Below are positions 15,327-29,152 of a stretch of 64,000 nucleotides of DNA, one piece after another. A model generated the notes under the pieces. The model worked only from the letters and a program-made list of their open reading frames with translations. It was not told where the DNA came from and searched no databases. This DNA is from Eledone cirrhosa (Eukaryota). Numbering within the stretch: the first letter of the stretch is position 1; the number at the start of each line of letters is the position of its first letter. The stretch covers positions 382,416,001 to 382,480,000 of the forward strand of contig OZ024740.1 in the NCBI GenBank assembly GCA_964016885.1. The letters run 5' to 3'. The position numbers were made by a program, and so were the translations under genes.

Positions 15327-15923
15327 CATATATACATATATATACATACATACATATACATACATATACACACATAAAGATACATAACTAAATATACATA
15401 TATACACATACACGCACACATACACACACACACACACACGCACGTGTATACACACACATACACACACACACATATACATATGTCCGTATATATACCCCTC
15501 CGTTCACACATATGTGTATGTATGTGTATATATATATATATGGATATATATGTATGTGTATATGTATGTGTATATGTATGTGTATACACACACACATACA
15601 CACATACATCTATATATATACACATATAAAGAGAGAGGCATACACACACACATACATACATACACATACATGTACATACATATATATATATACATATATA
15701 CGTACATATATATATACATATATATACACACACACACATACATACACACATACATATATACATATATATACACATACATCTACATACATACATACATATA
15801 CACAAACAGAAACATGCACATATGTACACACATATATACATATATGCACATACATACACACACACACACATATATAAAGGTACATACACATACATACACA
15901 CACACATAAACATACATATCTAT

Positions 15924-15988
<65 letters not shown>

Positions 15989-17903
15989 TATATATACACA
16001 CAAAATAAGTAGATTACCTAACCAACTTCGAAATGAAAACCACCAATTTCTATGGATTACCAAAAATTCACAAATCCATAGAAATCCAAAACAACATGAA
16101 AGGGAAAAATACATCATACATCGAAGCATCAAAACCGACAGACTTAAAGTTACACCCCATTATTGCTGGCCCAGCCTCAAGCACACAACGTCTAAGCAAC
16201 CTATTAGACATCATACTCAAACCCCTATGTAAAAAAGTTCCAAGCTACATCAGAGATGATATGGAATTCCTTAACTATATCCCCCAAAAAGTACACCAGG
16301 ATACAATCCTAGTCAGTTTTGATGTAATAAGCCTGTACACTAACATCCCACACGACCTAGGGATTGAAGCTGTGGCCTTCTGGATTACAAAACACTCAAG
16401 TCACATTTCAGAAAGATTCCCCAAAGAATTCATCTTGGAAGGACTTAAATTAGTATTGGAAAACAACCACTTCCTCTTTGACAACGAACTTTATCTACAA
16501 ATAAAAGGAACAGCCATGGGTACCAAAGTGGCCCCTACATATGCAACGCTCGTTATGGGTCACTTAGAGGCAAAATTATATTCCCAACTACAGATAACAT
16601 TCAGTCACGACTTCGCCTTCTACATTAATAAAAACTGGAAACGTTACCTAGATGACTGCTTCATCTTCTGGAACAGAAACGAAACAGACCTACAAAAATG
16701 TTATTCGATCCTAAACAGGCTTCATGAAGCTATACAATTCACTATGGTATGTAACGAAAAGGAACTGCCCTTTCTAGATATCCTCATCATTAAAGAAGGG
16801 GAAAATATCATAACGGACCTATTTTGCAAACCCACTGACACACACCAATACTTAAATTTCCGGTCAGCACACCCCTCACATACGAAAAGGAACATTCCCT
16901 TCAACATGGCAAGGCGCATCTGCACTATAGCAACACACCCCGTACTACAAGAAAAAAGATTATGTGACCTGAAAAAATTCCTTAAAAAACAAGAATACCC
17001 GATGAAACTCATCAACGCAGCCATCTCCAAGGCTAAGAACATCCCAATAACAACACTGAGAAAACCAAACCCACAACATAAAAAAGAAAACCCTGCTATC
17101 TCTTTTGTCATCACTCACAACCCAGGGAACATCAACATTGTGAAAACTGCTAAGCAGTATCTCCCGATTCTACAGCAATCTACCAAAATGAATGCACTCT
17201 TAAAAAACACACAGATAATTTATAGCAGACGCCAAGCACCCAACCTTAAAAAACTAATTACCAAGGCAAAATTTACGACCAACATGGAATCAATGCAAGT
17301 GACGAAATGCGGGGACCCTAGATGTGGAACCTGTGAACTCATCGAAGAGGGCAAACAGTTGTCCTTCAAAAACCATGATAATTTCAAGGTCAATGCTAAC
17401 ATGAACTGCAAAACGAAAAACCTAATATATTGCGCAACATGTCCACAGTGTAAAGAGTATTACGATGGGGAAACCGGAACGGGATTACATGATAGAGTCC
17501 GGGTACATAAACAACAGATTAAAGACCCCACAGTCAGAAATACCACATGTAGCGCACACTTTGCATCATGCGGAAAGGGAAAATTCACAATCTTCCCTTT
17601 CTTCAAGATATGGTCGGATAACGAACATTTCCGCAGATATAAAGAAGAATTCTTCATTGAAAAATTTAAACCACTACTGAACACGAAAAAATGAATTAAC
17701 ACTCGGAGGTAAAAATCCATTTCACTACCCCCCCCCCTCTTCTTAAGTATACACATGAATATCTGAGTGAACGGTGAGACACACACATATATGTGTGTAG
17801 GGATGTATGGATGTATGTACGTGTGGGTATATATGTATGTGGGTGTGTGTATGTGTGTGTGTGTGTGTGTATATATATATGTATGGATGTGTGTATGTTT
17901 GTA

Positions 17904-17964
<61 letters not shown>

Positions 17965-18060
17965 ATGTGTGTGTGTGTGTATGCATGTATGTGTGAACGG
18001 AGGGGTATATATACGGACATATGTATATGTGTGTGTGGGTGCGTGTGTGTATACACGTGC

Positions 18061-18093
<33 letters not shown>

Positions 18094-18231
18094 CGTGTAT
18101 GTGTATATATGTATATTTAGTTATGTATCTTTATGTGTGTATATGTATGTATGTATATGTATGTATATATGTATATATATATGTGTGTGTGTATATATAT
18201 ATATGTGTGTGTGTATGTGTGTGTATGTGTG

Positions 18232-18309
<78 letters not shown>

Positions 18310-19058
18310 AATGTGGAGGTATGAGTACATATTCGTGTGTGTACGCATGTGTATGTGTGTTTTTATATGTGTCTCTATATGTTTTTGTGTATGTATGTGG
18401 ATGTATTTGTACATGGGTGTGTGATTGATGGTGTGTGCCTATATATTCCTACATATGCCCGTGTGTGTATGTACGTATATGCGCACATATGTCTGTGTTG
18501 AACAAAGGACTAACTTCGGGATGGACGTAGAAAAATTCTTCAGGAAAAAAAGAAAAAATAATTATTCACAAACTTGACAGGTGCGATTTGCCTGTGTCCA
18601 TTCTCAACACAAAAGCAATACTAAAAGCTTTTTCCCCTGAATAAAGGAATTTTTCGAGAATGACCGGGGCAGGCCGCACTTGCTACATTTCTCCCCACCC
18701 AACCCTACTCACCGTCTCAACTCATTACTGCTATGAACACTTTTTCAACACACCTACACCCATGCACTTATTAAAGGGGGAGAAAAGAAACCCCCACCAC
18801 ATCACAGACATGTTAAATCCCTATATATAGAACAACACACCACATACACATCAGTTTGACAAGTGCACCTCAGCGTGAAAGGTCTTTCTAAAAACGAAAC
18901 AATACCTCCTACGTTAACCAAGAACTCCTAAGACCTAAGCAACAACCAACAACTTAATTTATAAAATCATTTTTTTTAAGAAAAATTATTTTTGGATTTT
19001 GTGAAGAAAATACATTTGTTGAAAGCACAAGTGAAGCCATTTTTTCTTCCTCCCTGTC

Positions 19059-19062
<4 letters not shown>
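14417..19062 (+). mobile_element. Penelope-like element (Neptune-type) with ~1.1-kb inverted repeats
   Basis: Arms 14417-15512 and 17987-19062 are reverse complements, flank the RT-EN ORF and sit in (TA)n. Confidence 0.9.
16033..17694 (+). CDS. Penelope-like reverse transcriptase + GIY-YIG endonuclease (5'-truncated, uninterrupted 553 aa)
   Basis: FYGLPKIHK, SFDVISLYTNIP, GTAMG, RYLDD, LPFLD, KPTD, CxxxxCxxC linker (CGDPRCGTC), NLIYCATC..C..YYDGETG, RVRVH, C-terminal E...PLLN. Confidence 0.93.
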   Translation: MKTTNFYGLPKIHKSIEIQNNMKGKNTSYIEASKPTDLKLHPIIAGPASSTQRLSNLLDIILKPLCKKVPSYIRDDMEFLNYIPQKVHQDTILVSFDVISLYTNIPHDLGIEAVAFWITKHSSHISERFPKEFILEGLKLVLENNHFLFDNELYLQIKGTAMGTKVAPTYATLVMGHLEAKLYSQLQITFSHDFAFYINKNWKRYLDDCFIFWNRNETDLQKCYSILNRLHEAIQFTMVCNEKELPFLDILIIKEGENIITDLFCKPTDTHQYLNFRSAHPSHTKRNIPFNMARRICTIATHPVLQEKRLCDLKKFLKKQEYPMKLINAAISKAKNIPITTLRKPNPQHKKENPAISFVITHNPGNINIVKTAKQYLPILQQSTKMNALLKNTQIIYSRRQAPNLKKLITKAKFTTNMESMQVTKCGDPRCGTCELIEEGKQLSFKNHDNFKVNANMNCKTKNLIYCATCPQCKEYYDGETGTGLHDRVRVHKQQIKDPTVRNTTCSAHFASCGKGKFTIFPFFKIWSDNEHFRRYKEEFFIEKFKPLLNTKK

Positions 19063-19108
<46 letters not shown>

Positions 19109-19120
19109 ATATATATATAT

Positions 19121-19168
<48 letters not shown>

Positions 19169-19180
19169 ATATATATATAT

Positions 19181-20145
19181 GTTATTCCGGGTTGAATCGG
19201 AGGTAACCGCAGTAAGTAAGGTACTCAATACATTGCAGAGTATAACAGTTTTAATATAGATGAGTTCTACAGGACTAGAACTGTTTCATTCTTTAGAAAT
19301 CATCAGCAATCTGGGTATCAAAAAATAAGTATGGTATTTATAGGTCTCTACAAGTGGTAGGAGAGGGTGGGGAGTGGGATGGGTGTAGGTCATTGGTTGA
19401 TAGAAAAGGGAATTCATTAAAAGCTAATTCTACAAAGCTATAGTTTATTTTTATTTTTATTTATTTTTGTTTTTAGAGTAACAAAGGCAGACAGAATTCT
19501 ATAAACAGGTTCAGGATGGCATGCCACTCCTTATTATTAAGTTTCTCTTAAGATAACAGGTGTCTATAAGATCAGTGGGGGGTCAGTCATGGTAGATAGA
19601 TTTAAAGGAAAGGGAGATTCTTTAAAAGCTAAATTCATTAAGGTTCTACTAAGTGACAAAGGTTTAGAGAATTGTGTAGACAAATTCAAAATATTGAGTG
19701 CATATCTTACAATTATCTTCAAATTCCTCTTAAACTATTCAACTATATGCCAAAAATCAACAGACACATTCACAAAACACACTCACTCACACACTCGCGC
19801 GCACCCATAAACACACATACACATACACATATACACACATACACACACACACATATATAAATATATAATAATAAGGAGTGGCATGCCATCCTGAACCTGT
19901 TTATAGAATTCTGTCTGCCTTTGTTACTCTAAAAACAAAAATAAATAAAAATAAAAATAAACTATAGCTTTGTAGAATTAGCTTTTAATGAATTCCCTTT
20001 TCTATCAACCAATGACCTACACCCATCCCACTCCCCACCTTCTCCTACCACTTGTAGAGACCTATAAATACCATACTTATTTTTTGATACCCAGATTCCT
20101 GATGATTTCTAAAGAATGAAACAGTTCTAGTCCTGTAGAATCTCA

Positions 20146-20150
<5 letters not shown>
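19181..20150 (-). mobile_element. Fold-back HHR element with ~280-bp inverted arms
   Basis: 19255-19537 is mirrored at 19869-20150; HHRs at 19263-19312 (minus, mutated stem I) and 20093-20143 (plus). Confidence 0.85.
20093..20143 (+). ncRNA. Type I hammerhead ribozyme motif
   Basis: agattc-CTGATGA-tttctaaagaat-GAAA-cag-ttctagtc-ctg-TA-gaatct; 6-bp stem I, GUA cleavage triplet. Confidence 0.85.
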
Positions 20151-20226
<76 letters not shown>

Positions 20227-22059
20227 AATATATAAATATAACACATATACATATATATATGAATGTATATATAGTGTATTTGCTAATACACTGTATGCTT
20301 AATTAAAAGCCCTTTGTTGAAAAAAGAAGTAAGTGACAATCATACAGTGTATTACCAAATACACTATATATACATTTATATATACATCGCTATTTCAGAA
20401 CACCAATTCTAATTTTCAATTTCGAACCACAAAGTTACGAAGTGAATTAATTACGACACAGACATGCTGATGTCCACTGAAATGATGAGGAGAAAACAGC
20501 AATGCATTCAATGATCTCACTGATTTTGTTTGTAATATATACAAATATTTGATTTTCTGCAACGCTACATGATTTTACTGTCCAAACGCATACGCACACA
20601 GACGTGCGTGCACACACACGTACACAGGCGCGCGTACACTCACAAATACATGGACACGCATTCACAGGATCATGGGTAATATGGTACATCTACATAAAAT
20701 CTCGCATGCGCAAACAGACAGTCACACATCCACTAATGCTCATAAACCTGATTCTGTCAACCAACAGTTTAATATTGACAGCATGACAGAAACAGATTCA
20801 GACATCACTTTTATTCAGAAAACGTTTTTGATTTGCTGATAAGAAGTTGTTCTGATACGCATTTAACATAACAGCAAATTCTATGTAAAGCAACTTCGAT
20901 GAGATATAACCGTTTGACATATCTCCCCGACCAACTTATATAGATAAAGTGAAACGTTTTCACCGATAAGTATGTCATATGTATTAGCAATCATATAATT
21001 TACTTCTAATTTTCATCATCATCACCGGTGCATATAATCTTTAACAGTGGATAGAAGCCCCAGCAGCAACAACATTTCTCTTTAATAGAAAACATGATAA
21101 ATATCTAACATTGGCCAAAGGCCATAGAGTTGAATGGGAAGGATCTATATGATTAGAATCTACCTCCGGTTATGTTTGGTTCGTACGTATATTATCGAAT
21201 ATTTCGTTATAAGATGCTGTGCTAAGCGCAGTAGGGTACCATCTCATAATATAAAGCTACGAATAGAAATATAGTGAGGCATTTATTCTACCGTTCTATA
21301 GATTTCTGATATTCAATGCATCTAGATATAACCCGACTAATAATAGTGGTGTTTACTTTACGTTTCCAATGACAAACACTGCGAATACGAAATGCAAATT
21401 ATTGCGCGGCTTTCATCAAATATGGAAGAGAATTAACATGTAAATGATATTATACATTTCTGTATAGGTCGGAAGTGCCCGTCTCACAGTGTGTTCTAAA
21501 ATTATTAAGAAACTACAAATGAACACATACAGAAATATATATTATTCGTCTATATTATATTTAGTTCTCTGTATGAAGCAGAAGTGTTTATAAATCATTT
21601 AAATTTCACCTACAGAAAATATGACTATTTCTTTCCAGCAACTATTCTCTGCATCTTTTCCGTTCGAATCAAATCAATCCAGAGAAAGAATGATTAGAAA
21701 ATTCAATAATAGATAAGAGCATATCAAAGTTGTAAAGAGGCAGAGAATGATATATGTACATGGTAATAGGGACATAGAAAAAGATGGTATCTCAATGGTT
21801 ATGTTGATAATTATAGAGAGTTATATAGATAGACTGAGAGGGGCGGAGGGGAAAAAGGTGTCATATATATACAACAGATATCTATTCTTTAAGCAATGTA
21901 TACTTTTCAATTAGTAGTTAATGAACTCTAAATATAATGAAAACAGATCGGAAATTCTTGTATATCGAGAACAAATGGCATTCACATTAATCATTAACTA
22001 CCACGTTTTACTCATCGTCGTGTCTGAACACCTCTTTGATAAATTGTGTGGGTGTATTA

Positions 22060-22830
22060 CCAAGAGGCGTATACATGTTTCGTAGACTTCGAAAAGTATA
22101 TGATCGCATTCTTTGATGCGTATTGTGGAAGGTCAGCTTCTTGATGCTCTGATGTAAAGCAACTGCGATGAGATATAACCGTTTGACATATCTCCCCCAC
22201 CAACTTATATAGATAAAGTGATCATATACTTTTCGAAGTCTACGAAACATGCATACGAATGCCCTAGTATTTGTGTTCGGATAAATAGTGCTAAATCGAA
22301 ACCATTCAATGTGGGAATCGGACTCCGCCACAAGCGTGTACTGTTCGATTTAAGTGCAAGTAATGCAGAAGTTTTTGCAGTAGTAGGAGGAAGTTAGTTG
22401 TAAAAGACAAACTCATTAACTTCAATTCAGTATTCATGTCAACACTGATCTATGGTCATTAACCTTGATCGAAAGAATAAAGTGACGGACACAATCGGCC
22501 GAAATGGGATTCGTTGGAAGGGTGGTTAGAGTAAATGTAGTTAGGAGATCGGCGAGCCTCTCCAGTTAAAGATACAACTCGAAATTGAGAAATCACAGCT
22601 CCGAGTAGGAAGTCTCAAGATAGAATAGCTGGACTGGGTTTACGCGCAAAACCCACTGACAGGAGGCCCTGAACAAGATGGTTAGAAAACATCCATCAGC
22701 TCTGCTGGACACAGTTGCGGCTCCAGCCGGATCAATTGGTGATGGTTGCTTCTGACAATACCCGCTAGATGGCGTGCACGAAGACACTGCGTCCATGATC
22801 CTCCCATAAATACGTAAGCGAAGAAGACGC
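22060..22830 (+). pseudogene. Degenerate RTE-like LINE remnant with internal rearrangement
   Basis: CFVDFEKVYDRI..LWKV, KSKPFNVGIGLR, TLIYGH, QSAEMGF fragments. Confidence 0.6.
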
Positions 22831-24869
22831 GTCTGAAGTCTCTGGCTCCAAAGCAGCTATTTATTATTCCATCTATTATTTTTCTGAACCTCAGAGAATT
22901 ACACTTAATGTTTTTTTTTCCTTTGCCTGGTTTCTGTGTACACTTTTGTTGTGCGTTAATTGTTTTCTTTAGTTTATGCGTTCTATTTCTGTGTCTGTGA
23001 TTTTTCTATCTTTCAGAATGTATCATCTTATATTAGATAGTTATACGGCCCAAATATTCATTTAAATCATATTTTTATCCAATCCAGATGTTACCCGTAT
23101 CCCGTATATGTTTTGTGTCTCATTCTATGTGGAGACGGGGATTATATAGTAGTAAAATATGCGTGTGGTATGTTACAAGCATTCGTCCTGGGTTATTTAT
23201 GCATTTATGAGTAAAAACAAATACTATTTAGATTCTCATCATATTGGGTGGAAGATAGTGTACTTTTATGTATAACATAATTAGAAATGTATAATTTTCT
23301 TTTCTGGGCTGTAATATATAGTGTCTTGCAAAATATATATTGTAGGGATCTTACATGTGTTCTACTACTGTTTACATGGAGAATATTGTAACGTTTCCAA
23401 AAACGTTATTTATAATTGTGTAAAAAGCAATAACATATTTATAAGTGCCAATAATATAGGAGTATCATCCAACGAGTCGGGAATATCTATATATTTTTTT
23501 TATTTTCTACTTTGATGTTTCATTCATGTTAATGGATATATTTTGACGTGAAATAGGTATATGAGTTGAGATATTTTTCGGTATTAACTTTTACCAGTTT
23601 TTGTTTTTGTTTTTGCTTTTTGTCGTATTTCCACTGCTGCAGCAAAGGCGACGATTTGCGTGTTGGTTGTGTTCGATGCATTAGGCTGGTTTCTGTATCT
23701 TACTGAGAGTATTTTACTATGCGTGTAGTGATTATAAGTTATGTTGTTTGTGTGTTGGATATATTTGTCTTTGCAAGCTATATATGTATTTCCATACATC
23801 TTTTAAAACAACTTTACGATGCTTATTTGTTCATGGTTTGTTAATGTTTTCAGTTAATAATATATTTCGGTTATTTCTATTTCCGGATCTATATATTATT
23901 TGGATAATTCTATGCGAGTATCTGTTCTTGTGTTTATTTCTCCGAATTATTTTCTTGTAAAATGTCATATTCTGGCACATATTTTAGTATAAGGGAACCC
24001 AAACTCTGTCATGTATTATCGCTGTGTTAAGAGTTGTGTAGCTAGAAACAATGTAATTAGATATTTCTGCACAAATTTCAGATATTCTGCAGAAGCTTTC
24101 GATTTATTTGATTTTCTTACATCTTTTCGCTGAATCCTATGTTCTATTCAGAAATTCTTCAGTCACTGCTGCATAAGCTTAACCTTCCAACTCATACTGT
24201 GATATTTTTGTTCGTATAGGGCTTGTTCTTGCCATCGTCCTAGCATAGCAATCGCCTGCACAATGTTTAATTTCAGGTTTATTATGGTTTTAATGTATTT
24301 TTTCACAACTTTTCTTGTTTCTTCTTTCTGATGTGTATTCAATGGTTTCTTGAAGAGAGGAAAATAATGTATTTTAATTTTGTTCATTGTTGTAGGTGTT
24401 TGTTTTAGTTTTCTATTCTTCTTAGTAAGGGAGACCCAGAATGGACATTGTATGATAAAATTATAGTTGCATATAGTCAATGTCACAATATTGGCCTGGT
24501 GCATTATAACAGAAAACAGCAATTTACATTTTCTGTCTAGTCTCGTTAATTTATGTGTGGCCCAGTAACAATATTAAATCTATATCGTTAATGGAACAGT
24601 TAGAATATTGATGTTTTATGATCCAGTTATATTTGAAGAATGAGACTGTAGCAATGTCAGAAATCAACATTCTCATACAATGATATAATTGTTATTAGAG
24701 TAGTAGAAGTAGCACTATGAAAAGTAAACCAGGCAATTTAAGTATTGGTATAGATAGATGTATGAGTCAGTTAATTTGGAAAAAATGGGAAAATTGCGAT
24801 ATTTGATTTCATCAACCGTAAAAAAGAGACAATACATAAAAACGGAAACACGCGAACATACGTAAACAT

Positions 24870-24978
<109 letters not shown>

Positions 24979-25825
24979 CAGACATATATGAATATGTACA
25001 TAGTATTTCATATATAGAACGTGAAAAAAGCTGCAGCGCAGTCGGACGACGAATCGGTGCTATCAAAGTAGATAGAAAAGACGGTTTATGGTTTTGTGCG
25101 TGAATTTACAATGCATTGTAGATCCATATGTTACATTATATACATGTATATTTATATATACATACATAAAAAAGGTGTGGTAAGATACCAGGTGGACCAT
25201 AACGCACCAGAGTGCAAAATACTTAAGGTAGTAGAGTGGGTAATAGGAAAAGTGTCAGGACCCCCACGGCTGAGCTCCGAAAACTTCGACATCTAGATCT
25301 AGCAGTTCGGATCTAGCTGTCGAAGTTTTCGGAGCTCAGCCGTGGGGGTCCTGAGGTATATATATATACGTATATATATATACGTATATATATATATCTA
25401 TATATAAACGGTTGATACCGGATGTATATCTGTAGGTGAACATAGTTAAAAGTGTTATTAAATAGGGCAGTAGAGTATAGGCATATTTATTTCAATATAT
25501 CAATAAATGGTAAATAAATAGAACTGTTTCATTCATAAGAAATCAACAAGATTCGTTTCTTTCATAATTCAATATATATTTAGTGTTTCTACTTTTGGCA
25601 CAATGCCAGCAATTACCCCAGGGCATTTCTGGTGCTTTATTTTATCGACACCGTAATGATGATATAAGGTAATGGGCCATTACTATGCTGTGTATCATGT
25701 TGTCTGACGCTGTACCGATATTGCCAAAACACCGCCCTTTAGTTATACAATTATGTTCATGTATAATAATGTGCGACGTAAGCACACTTACACATACCCA
25801 CATACACACGTATATTTATATATAT

Positions 25826-25859
<34 letters not shown>

Positions 25860-26010
25860 TTATTAAAATAACAGATTAAAGTTTAAGCAAAGAATCGCTG
25901 CTTTCACCCTTAACGGGATCTTCTGAAACTAACAAAGTTAATCTGTAAACGCAGAAGTGGATATTTCAAAAAACGTTGCAACCAGATTTAGTCTTCAAAT
26001 TTATTATTAT

Positions 26011-26046
<36 letters not shown>

Positions 26047-26225
26047 ATGTTCAAGACCCCGACGGCAGAGCTCAAGCCGTTTCGACGGCTATTTCTGGAC
26101 CTCTAGAACGGCTTGAGCTCTGCCGTCGGGGTCTTGAACATTTTCCTAGTACCCAGTCTACTACCCCAAATATTGGGTACTTTGGTGCGTTATGGTCCAT
26201 CTGGTTCCTTACCACACTTCCTTCG

Positions 26226-26285
<60 letters not shown>

Positions 26286-26482
26286 GTATTTGTATGTGTG
26301 TGTGTGTCTGCTTATGTCGTACATTATGAGTGGTGATAATTATATAAATAAATATATATTAAATGATTAAATAAATGAATACAACGTGTTCAATCATGTT
26401 CTTCCGCTGAGGTGCCTACAACGTAAATGAAACAGTAGAATGGAGAAATATGTTAGTTTAACGCTTGTTATAGTAGGAAAAG

Positions 26483-26810
26483 CGTCTCAACGTTTCGGGT
26501 GCTAGTCCTTCATCAGGACATAGCATGCGAAATCAATGAAGAAATAGAAAGATAAAGGAGCAGTGGCAGAAACGTAAAGACTTTCTTGGAGAAGAATAAG
26601 GAAAAATGAGGTCTCTTCGTGTCGCCATCACCCTTGCACCACTTTTTTTCATTTTAATTTTGTTTCCTTCATTGTAATTTTTTTCCCTTCATTTAAAATC
26701 TTTTCTCTTTATTTTAATATCTTTCCACCACTCCCCCCTCACACCCTCTCGGAACTCTTTTCCTTCCTACCTGTCTCCTGATGAAGGGCTTATGCCCGAA
26801 AAGTCATCCC
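26483..26810. ncRNA. Pair of divergently oriented, degenerate minimal HHR motifs
   Basis: Minus 26483-26520: CTGATGA-aggactagcaccc-GAAA-cg-TT-gagacg. Plus 26772-26805: tgtctc-CTGATGA-agggc-ttat-gccc-GAAA-ag-TC. Confidence 0.6.
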
Positions 26811-26899
26811 CCACCCCCCACTCTCAAGCGTGAACCTAATAACAACACTGTTCATAACTGCACTCCTTGTTTTTGTTTTTTCTTTGCCAATATATATAA

Positions 26900-26952
<53 letters not shown>

Positions 26953-26963
26953 GGGAGAGATAG

Positions 26964-26997
<34 letters not shown>

Positions 26998-27001
26998 AGT
27001 G

Positions 27002-27072
<71 letters not shown>

Positions 27073-27963
27073 TGTTTTACGTGGCATATAACACATTTCG
27101 CCAAAATCTTGTTTTTATACAGTTTAACAACAATATATCATTAAACCGAACATTGAAGGTTATGTTCTTTAAATTTTCCTTAGCTATAAATTAATAACAA
27201 GTGTATTCTTATTCTTATATTCATTTTCTGCTACAACTAAAATATAACCCTTAATTTAATATATCATAAATAAATAAATGTGAGCCGGATTTCATCGCCA
27301 ACGATGGAAAGGCGCACAAGTCTCACCTCATTTATCATTGACATTGACAGCCATTTCGGTTTGGACTTGACAAAAATAAGTAAATAAATGTAGGAGAACA
27401 GATCGATACATTCATGAATCATCAGCACTGAACTTTGTTTGACTTGATATCATGACGTGTTTTTCTGTATAGCAATTTGGCAAGAAATTTAGGTAGTGAT
27501 CAAACAAGAATTTCTTGCTAATATGAGAAAAGTTTGACACTCACTGTCTTGCTATCCATCTACTATTGCCATTCGTATTTCAATATGTGAAAAAAAGTAA
27601 ACACACACACACACACACAAAGAAAAAAATTAAGAGGAAGTAAATAACCTATAGAAATAAAATGTTGCCTGAGAAGTTTCCTTTTTTTTTTAGGCAAAAG
27701 TAATTAAAACGTCAAATGAAGGTTCTTCAACTGTGAGCAACATGGAGAAGACTGATGATATTATTTATAGATGGATTTATAAAGGAGGTACGATGGAGCA
27801 GCAGACGTAGATTATAAGAAATATGACCAACGAATGATATATCATCTAAAATTCTGCGAATGAAATATTCACTAATCTGGGTGTGAGTGTTTGTATGTAT
27901 GTGCACATACACACAATATCAGAACCAAGAGATGTCCAACAAACACACTTTATATATATATAT

Positions 27964-28039
<76 letters not shown>

Positions 28040-28173
28040 CGAAGCAGTTCTGGTAAGGAACCAAATGGACGATAACGCACCAGAGTACTCAATACTTAGG
28101 GTAGTAGAGTGGGTAATAGGAGAAAATATGACACAGACGGCAGATCACAAGCCGTTTCGACGTCTATTTCAGT

Positions 28174-28377
28174 TCAGAAAGGATAGACCAACACTGGGAG
28201 GAACTAAAAGGACGAAAAAACGGTTCAGTACTATATGAACATGCCAGACAACGACAGGACGGTAACATAGACAATATAGAAATTGGAATAATATCTAAAC
28301 ATAAAAATGACCCAGCAGATAGGCAAATCAGAGAGGCCAGCGAAATAGAACTTAGAAGTCCAAGGCTAAACAAATAA
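28174..28377 (+). pseudogene. C-terminal GIY-YIG endonuclease fragment of a second Penelope-like family
   Basis: SERIDQHWEELKGRKNGSVLYEHARQ...IISKHKNDPADRQIREASEIELRSPRLNK*; HHR-like motif downstream at 28667-28700. Not in the supplied ORF track. Confidence 0.75.
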
Positions 28378-28764
28378 ATGAATTGAATGACAACAACAGC
28401 CAAACAAACAATACTGACCTAAGAGAAGTATAAATAAATAAATAAATACATACACAAGCACAATAACAACAAACACATATAAACACACACTAGTAAACTA
28501 AGATAGAATACAATAACCAATACACAGTGACCCAAACACGAACACACATCAAACACTATACACACATGCAAACCCATGCGCAGAGAAGACAACAAATAAA
28601 AAAATAAACAGACTAAATAAAGATGGCGTAGGCATACAATACAACAGGAGGAAAAAAATAGCACCACTGACGATGTTGCAGATGTGCAACGAAAGAACTT
28701 TGTTAGACGATATATATATGTGTTTGTGTCTATATTGTATCTGTATTTTTTACCGTTGGTCAGT

Positions 28765-28955
28765 CAATGGTAACATTGAGGACCGAATAAATTAAATTAA
28801 CCGATATAAAAGATACAGAAGCGAAAACCAACCAAACAGTGGGTGTGTTCTGTTATTAATTCTGGCAATATTATTACACAAATATGACCCTCCCCAGGTA
28901 TAACAATATTTGTTTCGACACACGATTTCATATCAAAAACCTCGCAAAACTAATA
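28765..28955 (+). repeat. TA-associated interspersed element (relatives 30367-30683, 52312-52520)
   Basis: Shared atgaccctcccc..gtataacaatat...acacacgatttca.at motif. Confidence 0.75.
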
Positions 28956-28983
28956 TATATCTATATGTAAATATATATATATA

Positions 28984-29101
28984 TCAAGGACATAACGCAT
29001 CGCCCGGTCCGATGATCGAACTCACCATCTCACGATTGCGAATCCAATTCTCTAACGATTGTGAATCCAATTCTCTAACCACTCAGCCACATGCCTTCAC
29101 A
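28984..29101 (-). mobile_element. Second tRNA-derived SINE family, 5' part, with 23-bp internal tandem duplication
   Basis: A box TGGCTGAGTGG, B box GAGTTCGATC; duplication 29032-29054 / 29055-29077. Confidence 0.7.
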
Positions 29102-29106
29102 TGTAT

Positions 29107-29144
<38 letters not shown>

Positions 29145-29152
29145 ATATATAT

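Noticed and set aside
18632-18670. Possible HHR in the Penelope inverted repeat (ctgaataaaggaatttttcgagaa)
   Set aside because: Both core boxes deviate in both arms; not supportable.
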